Positions 58,234 through 63,635 of a DNA stretch of 64,000 nucleotides are shown here, one piece after another. The stretch spans positions 10,466-74,465 of the IMG/VR virus record IMGVR_UViG_3300010430_000022; one strand, given 5' to 3'. The position numbers were made by a program, and so were the translations under genes. This DNA is from a virus. The notes under the pieces are model-generated. The model worked only from the letters and a program-made list of their open reading frames with translations, was not told where the DNA came from and made no database searches. Position 1 is the stretch's first letter. Each line of letters starts with the position of its first letter.

Positions 58234-58531
58234 TGCGAGTTACGCAATTTTGAGCATGCGACTAGACATTGCCACATCGTGGCGCTACGCTTAGTTTCCA
58301 GTAGGAGCGACATCTTCAGTGACGTCAACCACCCACATTCAACCCGAACGCTTGCAGCGCCTATCCGGCGCTCGCGGTCAGGGTTCGTCTGTGGAGGGTC
58401 TGCTCCACTCCTTTGGCCGCATTGCCGAATCCAAGCCGATGGATACCTGCGCGTATCCCCGACTTGGATGGTCGGCGAATACGCACAGGCGTTCGCGGCT
58501 CTAGAGGAACCTCACAACAGGAACTTCAAGA

Positions 58532-58569
58532 AAGCCGCAGCGCCAACGCGCTCGCGGCTTCTTTCGTTT
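58532..58569 (+). terminator. Terminator/attenuator upstream of the tRNA array
   Basis: AAGCCGC-AGCGC-CAAC-GCGCT-C-GCGGCTT followed by CTTTCGTTT. Confidence 0.65.
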
Positions 58570-58687
58570 GCATAACTCTACTCAGGACACGAAGAAAGGA
58601 AAAAAACGACGACAGTGACAGGCCGGTGAGGCTTCCTTGTATATGGGGGCAGATCACAACTGACACAGGAGTGAACGAAACACATAA

Positions 58688-58768
58688 CCGTCTGGGGTCC
58701 ACCAAGTGGTGGTGCCGCGCTGTAAACGCGGTCTTTCGAGCAACGTGGTGCGATTCCACGCAGGCGGA
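58688..58768 (+). tRNA. tRNA-Tyr(GTA)
   Basis: CCGCG-CTGTAAA-CGCGG; long variable arm. Confidence 0.75.
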
Positions 58769-58776
58769 TTACACAT

Positions 58777-58844
58777 AGGTCGCGATCTAGGATCGGGCTG
58801 GATTCCAAATCCGGCCTTGCAGGGTGCGATCCCCTGGCGGCCTG
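58777..58844 (+). tRNA. tRNA-Trp(CCA), reduced D arm
   Basis: CTGGA-TTCCAAA-TCCGG. Confidence 0.7.
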
Positions 58845-58959
58845 ACTGAAAGAAGATGAGCCTCGGCTCTACATCTCGGTGTCGAACACTCGTGTCGGCA
58901 TCTAGCCCTGTAGGACGAAGCGATTCAGACGTCACTTGCCCTTTCACAATTCGGTGCTT

Positions 58960-59042
58960 GCCAGTCTGGCGGAACAGCAGACGCGCTACTTTCAAAAGGT
59001 AGTGTCCTTCGGGGCGTCCGGGTGCAAATCCCGGGACTGGCA
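58960..59042 (+). tRNA. tRNA-Leu(CAA)
   Basis: CTACT-TTCAAAA-GGTAG; long variable arm. Confidence 0.88.
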
Positions 59043-59047
59043 TTAAC

Positions 59048-59116
59048 TCGGCTGAATGCCAGCTACGACTACATCTTCCAAATATGACATGTCGTGGCGA
59101 CTCACTCGTCAGTCGA
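59048..59116 (+). ncRNA. Y-RNA-like element D (minimal; TTCCAAA loop)
   Basis: TCGGCTGAATGCC..CTACATC..CACTCGTCAGTCGA. Confidence 0.7.
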
Positions 59117-59122
59117 ACACAC

Positions 59123-59196
59123 GCTGCCGTAGCCCAACTAGCAGAGGCGTCTGGTTCAGAACCAGAAGGTTGGAGGTGCAAATCCTCTCGGCAGCA
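59123..59196 (+). tRNA. tRNA-Leu(CAG), short variable loop
   Basis: TCTGG-TTCAGAA-CCAGA. Confidence 0.8.
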
Positions 59197-59200
59197 AAGA

Positions 59201-59272
59201 GCAGGAGGACGGTGGTGCAATTCCACCCGACTGGCGGAAGTCGGTCTGTAGTTCAGTAAGAAGAACACCTGC
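59201..59272 (+). ncRNA. Circularly permuted tRNA-like RNA
   Basis: GCAGG - T arm GGTGG-TGCAATT-CCACC - closed acceptor CGACT/AGTCG - D arm - CCTGC. Confidence 0.6.
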
Positions 59273-59276
59273 GTTT

Positions 59277-59360
59277 GCCACTGTGATGGAACTAGCAGAC
59301 ATGCCTGCCTCAGAAGCAGGTGCCTTAACGGGCGTGGGGGTGCAAATCCCTTCGGTGGCA
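59277..59360 (+). tRNA. tRNA-Leu(CAG)
   Basis: CCTGC-CTCAGAA-GCAGG; long variable arm. Confidence 0.88.
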
Positions 59361-59361
59361 T

Positions 59362-59434
59362 AGCGGAATAGAGCAGTAGTAGCTCGCGAGTTTCATAAGC
59401 TTTGAGGACGTCGGTGCGAATCCGGCTTCCGCTA
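59362..59434 (+). tRNA. tRNA-Met(CAT)
   Basis: AGCGGAA/TTCCGCT; loop TTCATAA. Confidence 0.8.
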
Positions 59435-59444
59435 AAACAACCAC

Positions 59445-59527
59445 GGTCCCGTGGTGGAACAGCAGACACGCAACATTGAGGGTGTTGTGCTCGAAAGAGC
59501 GTGCAGGTGCAAATCCTGTCGGGACCA
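59445..59527 (+). tRNA. tRNA-Leu(GAG)
   Basis: CAACA-TTGAGGG-TGTTG; long variable arm. Confidence 0.88.
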
Positions 59528-59529
59528 TC

Positions 59530-59612
59530 GACCGAATGCCAGTTGTGACTACATCAACTGAAAACTGATGCTGGGGGAACCCAGCGCTCGTCACGGCATA
59601 CACTCGTCGGTC
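59530..59612 (+). ncRNA. Y-RNA-like element E (CTGAAAA loop)
   Basis: GACCGAATGCC..CTACATC..CACTCGTCGGTC. Confidence 0.72.
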
Positions 59613-59624
59613 ACAATTCAACGA

Positions 59625-59697
59625 CGCGTCCTAGAGCAACGGTAGCTCGCGAGCCTCATAAGCTCTGAGGATTCTGGTTCGATTCCAGAGGACGCTA
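59625..59697 (+). tRNA. tRNA-Met(CAT), unpaired C1
   Basis: Loop CTCATAA; canonical GG and TTC. Confidence 0.85.
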
Positions 59698-59698
59698 T

Positions 59699-59773
59699 CG
59701 CGGAGTGGAGCAGTCAGGTAGCTCGGTGGGCTCATAACCCGCAGGTCACGAGGTTCGAATCCCGTCTCCGCTA
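59699..59773 (+). tRNA. Initiator tRNA-fMet(CAT)
   Basis: C1 mismatch; GGG/CCC anticodon stem. Confidence 0.88.
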
Positions 59774-59891
59774 TACAAGCCTGTGAAGACCACCTTGCGC
59801 AGGCAGGGGCTAATCTCACCAGTGGTGGTCACGAACGAGATTCTGGATCTGGTTTTGGTAGCCGTGCGGCTACGAGGGCGCAGATCCGCAC

Positions 59892-59962
59892 GGGGCCCTG
59901 GTGAAACAGGATCACACTTGTCTGGCAGACAAGAGTTAGGGGTGCGACTCCCCTGGGCTCCA
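59892..59962 (+). tRNA. tRNA-Ala(GGC)
   Basis: G3:U70; CTTGT-CTGGCAG-ACAAG. Confidence 0.88.
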
Positions 59963-59967
59963 TACAC

Positions 59968-60039
59968 GCTCCTGTAGCTTAGGCAGCAGAGCACATCCTT
60001 GGTACGGATGAGACCCCAGTGCAAGTCTGGGCAGGAGCT
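59968..60039 (+). tRNA. tRNA-Thr(GGT)
   Basis: CATCC-TTGGTAC-GGATG. Confidence 0.85.
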
Positions 60040-60106
60040 TGGGTCGGCCTCTAGGATCATGGGGCATGTCAAGGGGGTCAATGCCACCCCCGACCAGAAC
60101 ACACAT

Positions 60107-60179
60107 AGCGTGTGGGCCATACGAGTGCGGCACACCTTTCATACGGGTGAGATACCGGGTGCAAGTCCCGGACACGCTA
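60107..60179 (+). tRNA. tRNA with CAT anticodon (Met or Ile2)
   Basis: CACCT-TTCATAC-GGGTG. Confidence 0.75.
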
Positions 60180-60211
60180 TCAGACGAACCGGTTGATCGC
60201 CGGGGAGTCGG

Positions 60212-60317
60212 TGAGGATTAGTGGACTAACAACTACGTCGAAGCTGGACGCGGTAGGTCGGTTGACTCTGAATCAGCAGGTGCGGGTGAGGGCGGCAGCC
60301 CAATGCCCGCCCCTCAT
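60212..60317 (+). ncRNA. tRNA-Gln(CTG)-like RNA with D-arm and T-loop insertions
   Basis: GTTGA-CTCTGAA-TCAGC; T stem GCGGG/CCCGC enclosing an extra hairpin; TGAGG/CCTCA. Confidence 0.5.
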
Positions 60318-60318
60318 T

Positions 60319-60391
60319 GGATCCGAAGCTAAACGAGTGAAGCACCCGGTTCTTACCCGGGGGATACAGAGTGCAATTCTCTGCGGATCCA
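60319..60391 (+). tRNA. tRNA-Lys(CTT)
   Basis: CCCGG-TTCTTAC-CCGGG. Confidence 0.85.
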
Positions 60392-60406
60392 TCAGTTGAA
60401 CTATCT

Positions 60407-60479
60407 GGATCGGTAGCTCAGCCAGTAGAGCACGAGTCTGAAGAACTCGGAGTCGGGGGTGCAAATCCCTCCCGGTCCA
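60407..60479 (+). tRNA. tRNA-Phe(GAA)
   Basis: CGAGT-CTGAAGA-ACTCG. Confidence 0.88.
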
Positions 60480-60482
60480 TAC

Positions 60483-60555
60483 CAGGGATTAGTGTTTAAC
60501 AGCAGCACGAGGCATTTGGGATGCTTTAGTCGAGGTGCAACTCCTCGATCCCTGA
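60483..60555 (+). tRNA. tRNA-Pro(TGG)
   Basis: AGGCA-TTTGGGA-TGCTT. Confidence 0.85.
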
Positions 60556-60559
60556 TTAA

Positions 60560-60633
60560 CGGAGCGTGGCGCAGTCTAGTAGCGCGCTGGTCTGGGGGAC
60601 CAGAGGTCGCAGGTGCAAATCCTGTCGCTCCGA
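60560..60633 (+). tRNA. tRNA-Pro(GGG)
   Basis: CTGGT-CTGGGGG-ACCAG. Confidence 0.9.
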
Positions 60634-60689
60634 TTGGAACGCGAGCGGTCAGCCGAGGTGCTGATCGGCCCTAGTGGCTTCCAACGCAA

Positions 60690-60760
60690 GGATTCGTGGT
60701 GTAACAGAAGCATAGGACCCTGAAAAGGTCGCGGCAGGGGTGCAAATCCCTTCGAATCCA
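60690..60760 (+). tRNA. tRNA-Phe(GAA), second copy
   Basis: GACC-CTGAAAA-GGTC. Confidence 0.8.
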
Positions 60761-60890
60761 TTCGTCGAATGCCAGGTAGGACTACATCATTTGGTTCGAG
60801 TCCAATCTGCTCCTTCGGGAGTTAGCCCCGTGGCGGGGACATCGACCTCACGGTCGGTGGATTGATCGTCCGCCAACTCTCGTCGACGAA
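60761..60890 (+). ncRNA. Y-RNA-like element F (YrlA-type permuted tRNA module)
   Basis: TTCGTCGAATGCC..CTACATC; T arm TTGG-TTCGAGT-CCAA; TTCG-closed stem; D-like arm; ..CTCTCGTCGACGAA. Confidence 0.78.
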
Positions 60891-60893
60891 CAC

Positions 60894-60965
60894 CGGTCTA
60901 TGGTGAAACAGTTATCACGCGTCTCTGATAAGGACGAGTTCTAGGTGCGATTCCTGGTAGACCGA
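60894..60965 (+). tRNA. tRNA-Ile(GAT)
   Basis: CGTCT-CTGATAA-GGACG. Confidence 0.85.
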
Positions 60966-60969
60966 TTTT

Positions 60970-61043
60970 GGCCATGTAGCTCAGATAGTCAGAGTACCGC
61001 CCTGTCACGGCGGGGGTCGGGGGTGCGAAACCCCTCATGGTCG
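60970..61043 (+). tRNA. tRNA-Asp(GTC)
   Basis: CCGCC-CTGTCAC-GGCGG; G73. Confidence 0.88.
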
Positions 61044-61044
61044 T

Positions 61045-61098
61045 CGGGTGAATACGAAAGTGGTGAGAGCCCACGCAGGTGAGATCCCTGCCATCCGT
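61045..61098 (+). ncRNA. Truncated tRNA-like RNA
   Basis: CGGGTG/CATCCG stem plus GCAGG-TGAGATC-CCTGC T-like arm. Confidence 0.35.
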
Positions 61099-61102
61099 TT
61101 AT

Positions 61103-61175
61103 GGTCCTGGAGTTCGTGTAGCAGAATAGCCGCCTGTCGAGCGGAAGGTTGTGGGTGCAACTCCCATCAGGACCG
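61103..61175 (+). tRNA. tRNA-Asp(GTC), second copy
   Basis: CCGC-CTGTCGA-GCGG; G73. Confidence 0.8.
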
Positions 61176-61242
61176 TTTGGAAGCCCAGACCGGGCTAGTC
61201 TTTCTGGCTGGAACAGCCAGCCCCAAGACCGGTGAGGGAACC

Positions 61243-62082
61243 ATGGGAACGCTAGAAGAGGCCGCGAAGGTAATCGAGGAGGCAGACGCTCTCCTCATAA
61301 CGACCGGCGCAGGAATGGGAGTCGACTCAGGACTCCCCGACTTCAGAGGGAGCCAAGGCTTTTGGAAGGCTTATCCGCCCTACAAGAAGCTGAACGTGTC
61401 CTTCTCCGAAATGGCGAGCCCGGATTGGTTCAAGAAGGACCCTGAGTTCGCTTGGGGCTTCTACGGCCAGAGACGCAACCTCTACCGGGTGACGGAGCCG
61501 CACAACGGCTACGCGATCCTCAAGAGGTGGGCCGAGGAGAAGCCGAAGGGCTACTTCGCGGTCACGTCGAACGTCGACAACGCCTTCCAGAAGGCCGGCT
61601 TTGACGCGTCTCGAATCGCTGAGGTGCATGGGACCATCGAATGGAATCAGTGCATGACCTTCTGCGGCGCCAGGATCACTCCGGCAGGCCCAGAGGAGAT
61701 TGAGGTCGACACAGGGACAATGAGGGCCTCAGGGGCCCTACCAACGTGTCCTGGCTGCGGTGAGGTCACGAGGCCGAACATCATGATGTTCGGGGACCCC
61801 TACTTCGACAAGAAGCGTCAGGAGGAGCAACTCGAACGCTTCTACGCGTGGCTCAAGGAACTCAAGACAGGCGAGGCCGACCTCGTCGTAGTCGAGTGTG
61901 GAGCCGGGGTTGAGATCCCGACGATCAGAGACATCTCCGACCAGATCGGAATCGACGAATGTGGAGGAACCCTGGTGAGGGTGAACCCAGTCCACTCCCG
62001 AGCGCGGTGGGGCAGTCATGTCAGCCTGCACTTCGGGGCGCTTGAAGCCTTGGAAGGGATCGAGCAAGTGATCGCAGTTTGA
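61243..62082 (+). CDS. Sir2-family (sirtuin) NAD-dependent enzyme
   Basis: 'GAGMGVDSGLPDFRG', 'TSNVD', 'EVHG', Cys pairs, 'RPNIMMFGD', 'ECGAG..IPTIR', 'RVNP'. Confidence 0.92.
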   Translation: MGTLEEAAKVIEEADALLITTGAGMGVDSGLPDFRGSQGFWKAYPPYKKLNVSFSEMASPDWFKKDPEFAWGFYGQRRNLYRVTEPHNGYAILKRWAEEKPKGYFAVTSNVDNAFQKAGFDASRIAEVHGTIEWNQCMTFCGARITPAGPEEIEVDTGTMRASGALPTCPGCGEVTRPNIMMFGDPYFDKKRQEEQLERFYAWLKELKTGEADLVVVECGAGVEIPTIRDISDQIGIDECGGTLVRVNPVHSRARWGSHVSLHFGALEALEGIEQVIAV

Positions 62083-62149
62083 ACACACGCGGGTTAGCCC
62101 CGCATGAAGGTCTCTTCGCCGCCCTCGGGAGGCGTTGAGACTGAGCATT

Positions 62150-62223
62150 GGCCCTATCGTCTAGTCTAGTTAGGACGTCAGCCTCTCAAGCTGAAAACCC
62201 GGGTGCGAATCCCGGTAGGGTCA
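62150..62223 (+). tRNA. tRNA-Glu(CTC)
   Basis: TCAGC-CTCTCAA-GCTGA. Confidence 0.9.
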
Positions 62224-62231
62224 TCAGTTTT

Positions 62232-62303
62232 CCCTCTATAGCTTATGAAGTAGAGTTCCCGCCTGTCACGCGGAGGAACCGAGTGCAAGTCTCGGTAGAG
62301 GGG
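62232..62303 (+). tRNA. tRNA-Asp(GTC), third copy
   Basis: CCGC-CTGTCAC-GCGG. Confidence 0.8.
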
Positions 62304-62339
62304 TCTTGTGGGGAAGGGGTGAAAGCCCTGACCCTGCTT

Positions 62340-62411
62340 GCAGGTGTAGCTCAGTAGTAGAGCGTCACGTTGCCAACGTGAGGGCCGTCGGTGCGAATCC
62401 GATCACCTGCT
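62340..62411 (+). tRNA. tRNA-Gly(GCC)
   Basis: TCACG-TTGCCAA-CGTGA; U73. Confidence 0.9.
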
Positions 62412-62415
62412 TCAC

Positions 62416-62488
62416 GCGGTCGTAGTGTTTAACAGCAGCACGCGAGCTTGCCATGCTCGAAGTTGGGGTGCAACTCCCCACGACCGCT
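62416..62488 (+). tRNA. tRNA-Gly(GCC), second copy
   Basis: CGAGC-TTGCCAT-GCTCG. Confidence 0.88.
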
Positions 62489-62491
62489 TCT

Positions 62492-62563
62492 GCTTCCATA
62501 GTGTCAACAGCAGCACGACTGTTTCGTAATCAGTTAGTCTCGGTGCAACTCCGGGTGGAAGCT
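62492..62563 (+). tRNA. tRNA-Thr(CGT)
   Basis: ACTG(T)-TTCGTAA-(T)CAGT. Confidence 0.82.
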
Positions 62564-62693
62564 TTCAGCGAATGCTTTGGTAGGAGTACATCCTGACTGA
62601 TAATCAAGACGACTCGGGCGCAACTCCCGGGGCCCCCACTACGAGGGGGTGCGTAGTGCTAGTAAACCCTCTTGCCTACTACTCGTCGCTGAA
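62564..62693 (+). ncRNA. Y-RNA-like element G (permuted tRNA-Ile(GAT)-like module)
   Basis: TTCAGCGAATGC..TACATC; TGA-CTGATAA-TCA; T arm; GCCCCC/GGGGGT closed acceptor; ..CTACTCGTCGCTGAA. Confidence 0.78.
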
Positions 62694-62697
62694 CCAA

Positions 62698-62769
62698 GGA
62701 CCCGAAGCATAAGCAGTGATGCACTTGGCTCTTAACCTTGGGAATGGGGTGCAAGTCCCTGCGGGTCTA
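62698..62769 (+). tRNA. tRNA-Lys(CTT), second copy
   Basis: Loop CTCTTAA; GGACCCG/CGGGTCT. Confidence 0.75.
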
Positions 62770-63498
62770 TCCAGCCTTACGCTCAGACGTGTCGATTGAC
62801 TGGATCGAGTGCTTCAGGCCGTGAAGGGCGCTGTTGTCACTGTGCTCCTTCTCCCAGGGCGCCTTGAAGGCGCCCTCCTTATCGAGGGCCTTGAACGGCG
62901 TCGGGTGATCCTTCAGGCTGTGCAGCTTTTCAGCGAAACTGTCAGCTTCCTTCTTCATGCCACCGAGGCGCTTCGCGCTCTCGTCGTCCTTCGGGAAGTG
63001 AGCCCCGCGCTTACGGATCTGATCGAGGGGAGCGTGGAAGTGGGTCACCTTCACATGGTAGCCATGCTTGGCTGCGTGGTGCAGGTAAGGCTTCATCTGC
63101 CAAGCCGCCGTGTTCGTGTTGTCCACGATGACGTGCGGGTGACCAGCAGCCATGTGCTCCGCAGCTTGCTGCTGAGCATGGGCATGAGCCTCGCCGAGCT
63201 TGCTCGGATCAAACGAGGGAGTGCCGCCGGGCTTGTCCGGAGGACCGTAGAGTCCTGGGTGCTTGTCGGCTGAGACCACAGCAGCGCCCGAGTGGTGCTT
63301 TGCGATGTGAGTCGACTTGCCTGACCCAGGTGCGGCGACCATGAAGTGAAGCACCTTCTTTTGCGCAGGCGACGGCTCGTCTGCCTCAAGGAACGGTGAG
63401 TAGACCGCCTCCTGGAGGTTTCGGACATACTTGTCCCGTCGAATGGATTCAACGAGAGGAAGGGTGCGGGAGCGACGGATACGGTCGTGAAGGTTCAT
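62767..63498 (-). CDS. P-loop polynucleotide-kinase-like protein (AAA_33 / N4BP2-like), His-rich
   Basis: 'AAPGSGKST', 'VSAD', 'FDPSKLGEAH', 'VIVDNTN..WQMKPY'. Confidence 0.85.
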   Translation of the reverse strand: MNLHDRIRRSRTLPLVESIRRDKYVRNLQEAVYSPFLEADEPSPAQKKVLHFMVAAPGSGKSTHIAKHHSGAAVVSADKHPGLYGPPDKPGGTPSFDPSKLGEAHAHAQQQAAEHMAAGHPHVIVDNTNTAAWQMKPYLHHAAKHGYHVKVTHFHAPLDQIRKRGAHFPKDDESAKRLGGMKKEADSFAEKLHSLKDHPTPFKALDKEGAFKAPWEKEHSDNSALHGLKHSIQSIDTSERKAG

Positions 63499-63635
63499 TT
63501 GCTATTCCTCACCTCAAGAGCGATCTTGGTATGGTAACAGCTTACAAACCTCAGGGTAAACCACGTTGTTGGGGTCTCAACTCCATGGCGCTGCTCCTAT
63601 AATGCGCTTTAGAACCAGAACACGTAGGTAGGGTC

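Noticed and set aside
58847-58947. Possible eighth Y-like element or hammerhead (CTACATC, CACTCGT, GATGAG..CGAA)
   Set aside because: Lacks GAATGC and CTGATGA/GAAA cores; pairing unconvincing, so left unassigned.
60041-60097. Possible tRNA between Thr and the CAT tRNA
   Set aside because: Only terminal pairing; no T or anticodon arm.
60634-60685. SRP-RNA-like hairpin
   Set aside because: Lacks the CAGG..GRAA..AGCA helix-8 motif.
58526-61242. ORFs across the tRNA array, including the N-terminal extension of the sirtuin from 61048
   Set aside because: They overlap clear tRNA/ncRNA genes; the sirtuin fits ATG 61243 with a GAGGG RBS.
54766-62693. Recurring GAATGC..TACATC motif as a CRISPR repeat or ribozyme
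   Set aside because: Not identical or regularly spaced, no cas genes, no hammerhead/twister/pistol core; better explained as Y RNAs next to rsr.
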